Below, piece after piece: positions 40,471 to 51,300 of a DNA stretch of 64,000 nucleotides. Below the pieces are notes generated by a model, which was not told where the DNA came from, did no database searches, and saw only the letters and a program-made list of their open reading frames with translations. Source of the DNA: an uncultured delta proteobacterium (GTDB lineage: Bacteria > Desulfobacterota > Binatia > UBA9968); assembly GCA_963760795.1 (NCBI GenBank), contig CAVXEP010000019.1, positions 192,001-256,000 of the forward strand. The letters are read 5' to 3'. Each line of letters starts with the position of its first letter. The first letter of the stretch is position 1. A program made the translations under genes and the position numbers.

Positions 40471-41124
40471 TCAATTTAGACGGGACAGATAGTGGGCGAG
40501 GTCTTGAAAGTCGGCGTCGGTGAGCGGATGGAGCGCGTCGGCCATGGACGGGTCGTAGGCGCGCCGGCTATTGTTCTTGTACTCGCGTAGGGCTTTAAGC
40601 AAGTAATCTTCTCGTTGGCCGGCCAGACGCGGCGCGTTGTCCTCACCGGAAAAATCTGGCTTATGACAGAAGTTGCAACGATGTTGCTGGATCAAGGCGC
40701 GGGCCTTTTCGGCGCGGGCGGGATCGAGCGCATTCGAGCTAGCTATCGGCGCAGGCAGTTTGGCGATCATCGCCGCGGCGCGGCGCAGCTCGTCGTCGCT
40801 CCAGCCTTGCATCATACCGGTCATGGGCTCGAGGTTACGCATTTTTTCCCGGAACATCAGCAGCTGGACGGAAAGAAAAAAAACCGGTTGGGCGCCAAGG
40901 GACGGCACTTCGGGGATGAGCGACTGGCCATTTTCGCCATGGCAGGCGAGGCAAGGCGCGAGCCGTTCGTCGACGGTCGCTGCAGGTGCCGTGACCGCCG
41001 CGACGAGTAGAAGAAACGCCGCGGCCAGAGCGCGAACGATATTGGCTTGCAATGGAGATTGGCCAGCGTGGAGCCGCCGCGGTGGTGACGCCGCGGCGGG
41101 CCGTGAGTTCTTAACGACTGGCAA
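40471..41124 (-). CDS. Diheme cytochrome c (c4/c553-like)
   Basis: CLACH and CNFCH; PSLGAQ and PRLAGQ; signal peptide. Start uncertain. Confidence 0.9.
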   Translation of the reverse strand: MPVVKNSRPAAASPPRRLHAGQSPLQANIVRALAAAFLLLVAAVTAPAATVDERLAPCLACHGENGQSLIPEVPSLGAQPVFFLSVQLLMFREKMRNLEPMTGMMQGWSDDELRRAAAMIAKLPAPIASSNALDPARAEKARALIQQHRCNFCHKPDFSGEDNAPRLAGQREDYLLKALREYKNNSRRAYDPSMADALHPLTDADFQDLAHYLSRLN

Positions 41125-42370
41125 GCTGCGGGCTGTAGGTGACGCGGTAAATCGCGCCGGCGAAATCGTCGGAGATCAACATCGAACCGTCTTTCATGAC
41201 GTGGACGTCGACCGGCCGGCCCCAGTATTCGTTGTTGTTAAGAAAGCCTGTGATAAATGGCTGCACGGATTTTACCGTGCCGTCGACGTTCAACTTCGCG
41301 ACAACGATATCGCCGCCGATTTTCTTGGTGCGGTTCCACGAGCCATGGCGGGCGATGAAGAGGGCGTTGCGGTATTCGCGGGGAAACATGGTGCCGGTGT
41401 AGAAGCGCAGGCCGAGGGCGGCGCTGTGCGGCCCCATCAACGCCACCGGCGGGGTGAATTCGTCGCAGGAGCGGCCCCAGCCCATCTCGCGGTCGGTGAA
41501 GTTGCCTTGGTGACAGTAGGGAAAGCCGAAGTGCTGGCCGACTTTGGTGACGCGATTCAATTCATCTTCCGGCAAATCTTCCGACAGCCAGTCGCGGCCG
41601 TTATCGGTGAAGTAGAAATCTTTGGTGATCGGATGCCAGTCGAAGCCGACGGAGTTGCGCACGCCGCGGGCGAACACTTCTGCGCCGCTGCCGTCAAGAT
41701 TGATGCGGCGGATCTGGGCATTTTCCGCGGGCGGTTCGCAGATATTACACGGCGCGCCGACGTTTATGTAGAGCTTGTTGTCCGGACCAATGGCGATGAA
41801 CTTCCAACCATGGGACTGGTGATTGGGCAGGTCGCTGTAGATGACCACCGGCTTGCCGGGATTGTCGAGGTTGTCTTCGATTTTCTCCAGCTTGGAAATT
41901 TTCGTGCCCTCGCCGATGTAGAGCGTGCCGTTGTGATAGGCGAGGCCGTTGGGGCGGTCCAGGCCGGAGGCGATGACCTTGGCTTCGCGCTTGCCGCTGC
42001 GCTCGACGACGGCGTAGACTTTGTCAAGTTGGCGGTTGCTGACGAACACCGTGCCTTTATCGCCGATGCGCAACGAGCGGGCATTGGCGATGCCGCTGAT
42101 GTAAACCTCGAGCTTGAAGCCCTTGGGCATCTTCAGCTGGCCGATCTGTAATTTCTCCGCCGGTGTGGCAAACGGCGGCTGCGGTACACCGCGCAAAGTT
42201 TTCGCGACCTCCGCATTGGGAATGTCTGGACGGCCGGGCACCGTCGTCGGCGCCGGCTGAACATTGGGCGCAGGTTTTTCTTGGGACAGTGAGATTGCCG
42301 GCGCACCCATCGACAAAACGCCGAGGATGGCGGCGACGGTCGTCCGCAACAAGTTCGGGAATGAGGTCAT
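41111..42370 (-). CDS. PQQ-dependent sugar / L-sorbosone dehydrogenase family protein
   Basis: GAPCNIC, ARGVRNSVGFDWHP, TDNGRD, HGSWNR, GRPVDV. ATG at 42370 follows GAGGAGG. Confidence 0.9.
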   Translation of the reverse strand: MTSFPNLLRTTVAAILGVLSMGAPAISLSQEKPAPNVQPAPTTVPGRPDIPNAEVAKTLRGVPQPPFATPAEKLQIGQLKMPKGFKLEVYISGIANARSLRIGDKGTVFVSNRQLDKVYAVVERSGKREAKVIASGLDRPNGLAYHNGTLYIGEGTKISKLEKIEDNLDNPGKPVVIYSDLPNHQSHGWKFIAIGPDNKLYINVGAPCNICEPPAENAQIRRINLDGSGAEVFARGVRNSVGFDWHPITKDFYFTDNGRDWLSEDLPEDELNRVTKVGQHFGFPYCHQGNFTDREMGWGRSCDEFTPPVALMGPHSAALGLRFYTGTMFPREYRNALFIARHGSWNRTKKIGGDIVVAKLNVDGTVKSVQPFITGFLNNNEYWGRPVDVHVMKDGSMLISDDFAGAIYRVTYSPQLASR

Positions 42371-42524
42371 GGCGTGCCTCCTCAATAATGTTTTTGTTTT
42401 TGTCGAGAACGAGGTGCGACAAGAAAATAGGCATTTCGCCGCAACATTGCAAGTAGAAATTTTTACATCCTTCCGTGCGGCGGCGGGCAGTTCGGTCCCG
42501 CACGGCTAGATAGCAAACGGATGT

Positions 42525-43037
42525 TTACGGTCGCTTGGGCAGGTTTTTCATCATGTCGTTCATGTTGATGTCAGGCATGCCAGGCATGGAGATGTCGCCC
42601 GGCTTCTGGCCCGGCTTGCAAGCGCCCAGCCATTTGGCTTCCATCGTCGATGCAGACTCTTTCATGCCGTGCAGCGGCGGCTCGTAGGTCGATTTGATGT
42701 CGGCCTTATAACTAGAGTCGAATTGACCGGTGAAAACGCCCCTGGTCGTCGCCGTGCTGCCGCTCATCTTGCACACCGATTCGGTGATAAGTTTGGTGCC
42801 TTCGCGGCGGAATTCGTTCTTGGAGCAGGATTGTTTTTCCGTTCCGGCCATATTGTTTTTCATCATGTCGTCGGATTTTTCGTCGACGCATTGTTGCATG
42901 GTCTGGCTGCCCTTGGCGCTGTTGCTCGACACGGTTATTTCCCATAGGCCGGATTTGCGTTTGGGCATGTCGGAGGTGGCAGCGACAGCGCCACCCGCAG
43001 TAGCGAGTAGCGTGACAATCAAAGCGAGAGTTCTCAT
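42525..43037 (-). CDS. DUF3617 family secreted protein
   Basis: Signal peptide, PKRKSGLWEI, QQCVD, AKWLGAC.PGQKPGD. Confidence 0.85.
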   Translation of the reverse strand: MRTLALIVTLLATAGGAVAATSDMPKRKSGLWEITVSSNSAKGSQTMQQCVDEKSDDMMKNNMAGTEKQSCSKNEFRREGTKLITESVCKMSGSTATTRGVFTGQFDSSYKADIKSTYEPPLHGMKESASTMEAKWLGACKPGQKPGDISMPGMPDINMNDMMKNLPKRP

Positions 43038-43116
43038 AGCGGTCTCCTAACGTTAATTTGGCGAATTATAGCGGTGTATTGAAACATGCTCGCCGACCGA
43101 CAAGGTGAATGGGTGG

Positions 43117-44097
43117 CTAGATCGCCGCCGGCTGGTCCAGCTCAAAACCGAGATCGCGGATCATCTGGTGCGCGTCGGTGGCGTCTTGGCCGGGCGTGGT
43201 CAAGTAGCCGTTGACAAACATCGAGTTGGCTGGATAGAGGCTTAGCGGCTGCAGCGAGCGCAAGTTTACTTCGCGGCCGCCGGCGACGCGGATCTCTTTG
43301 GTCGGATTGACGAAGCGGAACAGGCACAGCGTCTTCAAGCAGCGCTGCGGCGTCAATTCGCGTTTCTCCTCGAAGGGCGTCTTGGGAATTGAATGCAAAA
43401 AATTTACCGGGATCGAGTCGATGCCCATGGCACGCAGCGTCATCGCCAGGTTGATGATGTCGTCGTCGCTTTCGCCCATGCCGATGATGCCGCCGGAGCA
43501 GGTGCCGATGCCGGCGCTCTTGACGCTCTCAATCGTCGCCACCCGATCGTCGAAGGAATGGGTGGTGACGATGTCGGCGTGGTGTTCGCGGCTGGTATTT
43601 AAATTATGATTGACCCGGCCGACGCCGGCGGCGGCGAGCTTCCGGGTCTTGTCGTCATTCATCAAGCCCAGCGAGCAGCAGACGTTCATGCCGGTCTGGG
43701 CGCGAATCTCGCGCACCGCCGCGGTGATGTCGTCGATTTCTTTGTTGGTCGGGCCGCGGCCGCTGTTGACGATGCAAAAGCGTACGGCGCCGGCTGCTTT
43801 GGCCTGGCGCGCGCTTTCGACCAGCTTGTCCTTGGACATGAAAGTGTACTTGTCGACGGGGGCTTCGGAGACCGAGGACTGCGAACAGTAGTGGCAGTCT
43901 TCCGGGCACAGGCCGCTCTTGGCGTTCTGCAAGACATGGATCTGCACGCGCTTGCCGTAGTAGTGGTGGCGCACTTTGAAGGCGGCGCTCAAGATTTCCG
44001 GTAGCTGTTCGTCCGGTGCGTTCAATACTTCACGCAGTTCCTCCCGCTCGGGTAGAATGCCTTGCAATGCTTTGTCCGCCAGTCGCTGAAAATCCAT
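43117..44097 (-). CDS. bioB: Biotin synthase
   Basis: Radical SAM motif CPEDCHYCSQS; NHNLNTS; CSGGIIGMGE; IPVNFL; RVAGGRE; YLTT.G. Start ATG at 44097 after GGAGG. Confidence 0.96.
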   Translation of the reverse strand: MDFQRLADKALQGILPEREELREVLNAPDEQLPEILSAAFKVRHHYYGKRVQIHVLQNAKSGLCPEDCHYCSQSSVSEAPVDKYTFMSKDKLVESARQAKAAGAVRFCIVNSGRGPTNKEIDDITAAVREIRAQTGMNVCCSLGLMNDDKTRKLAAAGVGRVNHNLNTSREHHADIVTTHSFDDRVATIESVKSAGIGTCSGGIIGMGESDDDIINLAMTLRAMGIDSIPVNFLHSIPKTPFEEKRELTPQRCLKTLCLFRFVNPTKEIRVAGGREVNLRSLQPLSLYPANSMFVNGYLTTPGQDATDAHQMIRDLGFELDQPAAI

Positions 44098-44322
44098 GCC
44101 GTCCTCCAAAACTAGCAAGTTTCTAGCATGCGAGGTGTAGCCATGCAATCTGCGGGTGGCTGGAAGGTAGTAATACTTCTGTAGATTTCGCTACTTAGGT
44201 GCGATCTTCAGCGTGCGGTTAAAAGACCCGGCAGTTAACCACATGCTCGTCAGTTTGCGCGGTAAGCCATTGATCGGCATCCGTTCGATTCAAAAGCATA
44301 GCTGACAACTATGCGAATTTTT

Positions 44323-44745
44323 TTATAAGTCGGTCATCACCTGGTGATAGTGGCCGAGAACGAATATGAACCCGGCCAAGACGAAGTGAAAAATGATTGG
44401 AATGACGTCGCCGAACCAGCGCATCTCGGGATGGAGAATCATGGTCAGAGCATAGCGCAGGATCATCAGTCCGGCATAGGCGCCGGCAAATTTTATCAGG
44501 AATTCCGCCCAGTGGGGGCGCACGACGGCGAAGGTGCCGGTGCCGCGCCAGACTTCACCGGTGATTTTCACCATCAGCATCAACATGAGAAGTTGGATGA
44601 TCAACAGTGAGGAGTAGGGAATCACGCCGGAAAACCATTGCTTCATAGCCGGTAGCCAGGAAATGCCGACAAAGGCGACCAGCGCTTGTCCCAAGACCCG
44701 GCACGCGAACAAAAACGTTATTAGGGCTAGGAGCGGTCCGTGCAT
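44323..44745 (-). CDS. Hypothetical membrane protein (~4 TM)
   Basis: Four hydrophobic segments, with WLPAMKQWFSG.IPY and IPIIFHFVLA. ATG lies 7 nt after the GH3 stop. Confidence 0.7.
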   Translation of the reverse strand: MHGPLLALITFLFACRVLGQALVAFVGISWLPAMKQWFSGVIPYSSLLIIQLLMLMLMVKITGEVWRGTGTFAVVRPHWAEFLIKFAGAYAGLMILRYALTMILHPEMRWFGDVIPIIFHFVLAGFIFVLGHYHQVMTDL

Positions 44746-44752
44746 TCTCTTG

Positions 44753-46437
44753 CTACTTGCACCCGTGCGTTGAGGCCCCGCTGAGTTCAATCACGCGTGT
44801 AATTTCGTCGGTTGCTTGCGGTGTCGTGCTGAGCAGTTGGGCTTTGAACTGAGTGTCGCGAGCGCCGCGGTGGAGTGCGGCGCTCGCCTGACGTTCGTAC
44901 CAGCCGGGCGGCATCAGGCAAAGCACCGGCGGCTTGAGACGCTGGGATGCGCGTTTCTGAGCGTATTCGATATTGAGCTGGGCAAGGTTTTGATCCAGCG
45001 CGGCGAGCAATTGCCTGAGCGCGTCGTCGCTTGGATTCGCGCCGTCGAATTCGATTGGGAATGAGTAGCGCGATTCTTCCGCGTCGGCGATTCCGCGGTA
45101 GTGTCGCGGCGTGATACCGGCGAGCGCTTGCGCCAGTTCCATCGCCTGGATGACCTGATTGACGTGGAGTTTCTCGCCGGTGATGTTGGTGAAATCGCGG
45201 CCTTTGCGGACAAATTCGAGCAGCGGGGTTTGCCGAAAGAATCCCGCGACGCGCACCACATCGTTGATATCGTAGCGGTACAAACCGCCTGGCGTGGTGA
45301 GGATGAGATAATAACTCTCGCCGGTTTTCAATTCCGCGCAGGTCAGCGTTGCCGGTTGTGGACTGTCGATTTCCGCTTCGGGAATGAACTCGTAAAAATT
45401 GCCGTTCAAATCAGGGATGCCGGCGAACCCGGAGTCGGATATCGGCAAGGTCATCTGCGCCTCGCTCGCCATATAGCCTAAATCGCGCACCGGCATGGAC
45501 TCGCCGAACCAGCGGTGCAGTTCATTCAAGCGCACACCGACCGTGCCGCCTTTCCAGCAACCGATCAATTGCAGTTGTGGCCAGTAATCCATGGGACGCA
45601 GGGCGCCGTATTGGTTCGCCAGCCGTTCGAGCTCGAGCCGCGCGGGCGGGATTTTTCTCGAGTTGCGCTGCGAGCTTTTGCCGCACCGCGCCGGGAATAT
45701 GCCAGCGCTCGCTGATGGTGCCGTCGCGAATGTCGCGGATGATTTCAGATTTATTATTGTCGGCGATTTCGACCAGGCGCAGAATCGTGCTCGGATTGGG
45801 CGTGCCGAGAAACGAGATTGGCTGCGCCAACGCCAACACGCATGATCAGGTAGTACTTGGCGGCGAAGTCTTTCACTTCGGCGACCTCGTAGGGTAGGGC
45901 GAAGGCGTTCTGAATCCAGCGTGGACTGCTCTGATAAATCAAGCCTGAGGCGGCGCCGTAGGGAATATTGCCGGCGGTTTTCCCTTCTTGGGCGGAACTG
46001 ACGACGCCGAGCATTTTGCCGTCGAACAAGCCGGGATGATCGAGGTTGGCGCGGTAGTACCAAAGGCGCGTAAGTCGACGGTGGTTGGCGCGGCTGTTCT
46101 CGGTCACCGGGATCAGCTTGGGTGCGCCGGTGCTGCCGCTGGTCAGCGTGAACATCTCGACTGGCGCTTCGGTCAAGACCTGAGCTTCGCCATTCTCGGC
46201 ACGCTCGACATAGGGGCGAAGCCGTTCATAGTCGCCAATGGCGACCCGCTCGCGGTAGTCCGCCAAGCTGCGAATCGCCGCGAAGCCATGATCCTTGCCA
46301 AAGGCGGTTCCGCGGTTGCGCTGAATGATGTCGAGCAATAGCCGGTTTTGCACCGTTGCCGGAACGGCGGACAATTTTTCCCAGCTGCTCCAAAGACGGC
46401 CGGTGACGAAGGCCGCTGCTTTGACGATCACGCTCAT
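44753..46437 (-). CDS. GH3-family acyl acid-amido synthetase; two apparent frameshifts at ~45837 and ~45638
   Basis: TAFGKDHGF, FTLTSGSTG..KLIP, GYMASE, FYEFIP, GLYRYDINDVV, TGEK. Repaired length 560 aa. Confidence 0.88.
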
Positions 46438-46441
46438 GGGT

Positions 46442-48308
46442 TTAACGCCGCAATTCGATTTTCTCGACGGTGAGTCGTTCGAGGGCTTCTTCCTTGACGG
46501 TGACGCTCAAGCCGCGGCTTTTCAGCAGTGGCGCGCGGCCGCCGAGGCCGAAGGCGACGTTGTCGAACGTGATGTCTTCCGACAACAGCCAGGTGCCGAA
46601 GGATCCTTCAGCACCGGCTAACTCGGGCACATGGGCCGCGAAAGTTCGGCCGGCGGCCGATAGGATGCCGGTCTCGCCGACCTGAGCGCCCACTTGGATT
46701 TTGATGCCGGCTTCCTGCGCAAGTTTAGCAATCGCCAGACTGCCGGTGATGCCGCCGTTTTTTGACAGACGAATGTTAAATAGATCGCAGGCTTTTTCTG
46801 CGATCAAGCGGCGCGCCTGCTCGACGGTGACCAGCGATTCGTCGGCCATGACCGGGATGGCGCACTGGGCGCGCACTTGTTTCATGCCATCGATATCGTC
46901 AGCCGCCACTGGCTGTTCGATTACGGCGAGTTTAAACAGCGCCAGCTGCTTCAAATGTTCAACTGCTTGCGCCGCGTTCCAAGCGCCGTTGGCGTCGGCG
47001 CGCAGTTCAACTTTGCTGCCCACCGCTTGACGCACCGCGTTCAGGCGCGCGGCGTCATCTGGCGTGCCGACTTTGATCTTGATCTGTTTGAGGCCCAATT
47101 GCGCCATGCGCTTGGCCAACGCCGCGGCGTCCTTCGGCGCATCGGCGGAGATCACGCCGCTGTAGACGACCTCGAAACGCGCCGGCGGAAGATAGTCCGC
47201 CAAAGCGCTATGATCCGTGCGCAGGTTCCAGTCGAGCAGCGCCAACTCGACGGCGCAAAACGCCGCATTCCAGGCAGTGACGCCATTGTTTGATTGCGGA
47301 AGTCCGCGTCCAGTCCGGCTGCAGCGACTGCAACTGCTCGATGGTCTGCCAGCCGGGGAAAAACGTTTGTTGAAAGATCCTTGGCGCAAGGAAATCGCGG
47401 ATCCGCGCGATCATCGATTCAGTGGTCTCGCCGGTGACGTAGACGCGCGGTAACCCTTCGCCAAAGCCGCTACGGCTGTCGCTGCCGGTGATTTTTACAA
47501 TTACGGCGTCGCTTTCGTCGCGGCTATGCAGCGCGTGGCTAAAGGCTTGGTGAAACGGAATGCGCAGGCGATAGATGGTGAGCGCGTCGACGCGCTGGGG
47601 CCCGACTGCTTTGCTGCGGGTTTTTAGCTTCGAGCTCGGCGGAAAATAATGGCGGCAGAAAAGCTGGTCGCCGAGAGTGAAGCCAGCGATCTGGTCGAAT
47701 AGCGAGTCGGAGATCTGATGAAACTCGCTGTAGTCTTGGATCACCGTGATCGCTTCTTCGGCGTGGCGGATATCGACTTCGGAATGAAGCTCGAACCAGC
47801 GTAGGGCGGCGCCCGCAATGGCATAGTTATCACACAGCGCGTTGGCCAGTTCGCTGGAGCAGCGCGACAGCATGAACTCGAAGCTCATGGTTTCGAGCAG
47901 CACCGACAGGCAGAGCTCGCGCAACGTCGCCACCGGCACGCGGGTGGCGCAAACCAGCGCGACGCGCCGGCGCGCGTCGGCGATCAGCTGATCGATTTCA
48001 TCGTTAGCGAAGCCGATGGCGCGAGCCATTTCCAAGAGCAGCTGGGAGTGGGGCGGCTCATGTTCCGACCGGCCCATTTCTTCGAGCAGGTTCTCTTTCA
48101 ACATCTCCGCGGCCGACGACGGCAGCGCGGCGAAACAAAGCGCGACGATATGCGATGACAGATAATGGGTGCGAAAGATATTGCGCAAAAACTCGTAGGC
48201 GGTCAGCATGCCCGCGGCGCCGCCGACGAGGTCGCGATATTCGCGGGCTTGCGTGAAATCGTTGGTGGCTTGCTCGAAGTATTTAACGATCTGTTGCGCG
48301 GCGACCAT
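46442..48308 (-). CDS. Fusion of a heme-oxygenase-like diiron (TenA/PqqC/CADD-like) domain and an enolase-superfamily (MLE-subgroup) domain; apparent frameshift at ~47300
   Basis: N-terminal ENLLEEMG..EHEPPH, LETMSFE and WFELHSEVDIRHAEE. Then capping domain GFGEGLPR.YVTGET, followed by KIKVG, RADAN, IEQP, MADES, NIRLSKNGG and GET. Repaired length 621 aa. GGAGG RBS. Confidence 0.85.
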
Positions 48309-48356
48309 GGTCACCTCCGATGCTGGTTGGGCAGCGGTTGAAGCTCGATGGCCATT

Positions 48357-51300
48357 CTAAGCGATTGCTTTTTCCAAGGCCATCGCTTTGACTCTTTTCA
48401 GATCGGCTTTGCCTGAGCCGAGGATGGGAATCTCGTCGATGGCGTGGAGATCTTCGCGCTTGGGAACCCACAGCTTGGGCAATGCGGATTTGTTGAGCTG
48501 GTCCCATAGCTCCTCGCGGCTGACGCCGTTCTTGGCGTAGAAAACCACCAGCCGCTCACCGCGCTGTTCGTCCGGGATCGCAGTCACCACCGATGCCGGG
48601 CTGCCGAGTAAGTCGTTGATCATCTCTTCGATCTTCATGTGCGGCACCATCTCGCCGCCGATCTTGCTGAAGCGCGACAAGCGGTCGGTGATGGCGATGA
48701 AGCCGTCCTCATCGATGGTCGCGATATCGCCAGTGACATACCAGCCTTGGCGCATCGCTTGATCGGTTAGGTTCTGCTGATTCAAGTAGCCGAGCATGAC
48801 GTTAGGTCCTTTGACGAGCAGCAGCCCTTCTTCGCCTGGGCCGAGGGTCTCGCCGCCATCGGGATCGATCACCTTGGTCGCGACGCCTGGGAGCGGATGG
48901 CCGACCGTGCCGGGCTTGTGGCCGGTCTGTTTTTCCTTGTCGTGGACAACATCGGGTGTGTTGACCGCGACCACGGGGGAGAGCTCCGTGCAGCCGTAGC
49001 CTTCGAGGAGGGTGATGCCGAATTTATCCTGATAACCCTTGGCGATCTGTGCGCGCAGCTTTTCCGCGCCGGAGATGACGTAGCGCAGCGAGGCGAACTG
49101 TTCCTTGGTGCAGCGGCGCCAGTAGCTGACGTAGAAGGTCGGCGTGCTGATCAATAATGACGCGCGGTATTTCTCGACGGTCTCACCAATAGTCTTGGCG
49201 TCGGTGGGATTGGGGTGATAGACCGCGCCGAAGCCGGTCAGCAGCGGCAACCAGATGGTCGCGGTGAAGCCGAAGGAGTGAAATAGCGGCAAGATGCCCA
49301 TGATACGATCCTGCGGCGTGAATTGAATCACCTGGCCGATCGCCTCGACGTTGGAAATAATGTTGTGGTGCGACAGCATCACGCCTTTGGGCGTGCCGGT
49401 GCTGCCGCTGGAAAATATGATCGTGGCGAGATCGTTGGAGCGCTGTTGTTTGCGCGCGCGGCGGTTGAGCCAACGCGCCGGCGTAACATAGGCTTTGACC
49501 GCGATGGCGAGTTTTCGCGCGCCGGTAAACGTCTGGCGGATCTCTTCAACAAAAACCATGCCGTCCATTTTCTCAAGATTGGCTTTGTCCAAAAACGTTC
49601 GCGAGGTGACGATGGTGGTGATCTTACATTGGGCCAGCGCCGCGGCCGTGGATTCTTTGCCGCCGGTGAAGTTCAAATTTACCGGCACTTTGCCCGCTAG
49701 CAGGGTGGCGATATTGACCAGCGCGCCGCCGACGCTGGCTGGCAGGATCACGCCAATCATCGACTGGCCGGCGCAATGGCTCCTCAGCCAGCGGCAAAAA
49801 AGCAGGCTGCCGATGAGCGCCTTGCCATAGGTGAGCTCTGTGCCGGTGGTGTCGGCCATGCAGAACCTCGACCAGTGGCGCTTGGCCATCTCGACGAACT
49901 TGGCGTGGAGCAGATCGCCGGGAAGCCGACGGTACTCCACCGCCTCGCTTTCCAGCTCTAAGATCGCGTTGCGCACCTGCACCACGGAGGAGGTTGGCGG
50001 CAGCGGCGCGCCAAACGACACCGTGACCGAGTAGGGGAATTGCATCGGCCACTTCCAAAAGAACTTACCGTCTTTGAAACTAAAGATGCTGCCCCAGAGC
50101 TGGTCCAAGTGCACCGGCACGATCGGAATATCCGAGCCCTCGACGATTTTCTCGAAGCCGCGCTTGAACGGCAGCAGCCGGCCGGTACGGCTGATCGCGC
50201 CCTCAGCGAAGATACACACCACATGGCCGTTTTCGAGTTCGTTTCTCGCCCGCTTGAGCGACTGGACGATGTCGCGCCGATTGTTCGCCGACACCGGGAT
50301 CGCATGCATGAGGCGGAAAAACCAGTTGAGCGATTTGAGATCGTAATACTCCCGATGCAGCATGAAGCGGACGAAGCGCGGCTGCGGCGCGCCGACCAAG
50401 AGCGCATCGACGAAGGAGACATGGTTGCAGACCAAGAGCGCCGGCCCCTGGAGCGGGATATTTTGTCCACCGACCACCCGGATGCGATAAAGCGTATTGG
50501 TCAACAGCCAGACGACGAAGCGGACGAAATAATCGGGCAGCAGGTACAAGATCGCCAGCGTGCCGGCGAGGGTAAACAGTCCGATCAGCAAGATGATGGT
50601 GTCGGGGGATAGTTGGAGCGGCGTTTTCAAGAACCAATGTAGCGCCGCTGCCAGGGCGATGCCGATGGTGTTCAGGAAATTATTGGTCGCGATCAATTGG
50701 CCCTTTTCCTCTTTGCCGCTACGTTGTTGCAATAGCGCGTTGAGCGGCACGGCGAACAGGCCGGCGGCAAAGCCGAGCAGCATCAAGGCCAGTGCAGTGT
50801 GCGGATAGGACGGTGCCGCCCAGGCGACCAGGGCAAGGCAAATGCCCATGCCCACCGAGCCGAGGGGTACCAAGCCCAATTCGATATGGTCGCCGGAGAG
50901 TTTGCCGGCGGCGAGACTGCCGATGCCGATGCCGATCGCCAAGAAAGTCCCCAATAGGCCGATGTGAAACTCATCGAGCTGCAACAGCTCCTTGCCGAAA
51001 AAAAGAATATTGATATTGACCAGCGCGCCGAGAAACCAAAAGTAAGAGATGCCGAGGACGGTAAACCACAGCGCCCGTTCGCGTCGCAGCCGGCGCAGGC
51101 CATCGGTAATTTCGCCGAAGGGGTTCAAGTTGAGCAGCTTGGTCGACCCCGAAGCCGGCACCCTGGCGATGCGCAGGCTGGTAAGATAACCGGCGATGGC
51201 GATGGCGATCATGATCAGGCCGATGCGCGGCAACTGGTTTTTCCAAACCGAGAAGATCGCGCTGCCCACCGACGTCCCCAGAATGATCGCCATGAAGGTG

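Noticed and set aside
40471-42370. Sorbosone/PQQ dehydrogenase plus cytochrome c pair as a novel system
   Set aside because: This pairing is common in proteobacteria and nothing unusual was seen.
44217-44240. GGTTAA-N12-TTAACC palindrome upstream of bioB as a BirA operator
   Set aside because: Arm orientation and spacing do not match the TGTAAAC-N14/16-GTTTACA type consensus.
2202-47300. Programmed ribosomal frameshifting or phase variation at the broken genes
   Set aside because: The sites share no slippery heptamer or long homopolymer, and they hit unrelated housekeeping genes; sequencing error is simpler.
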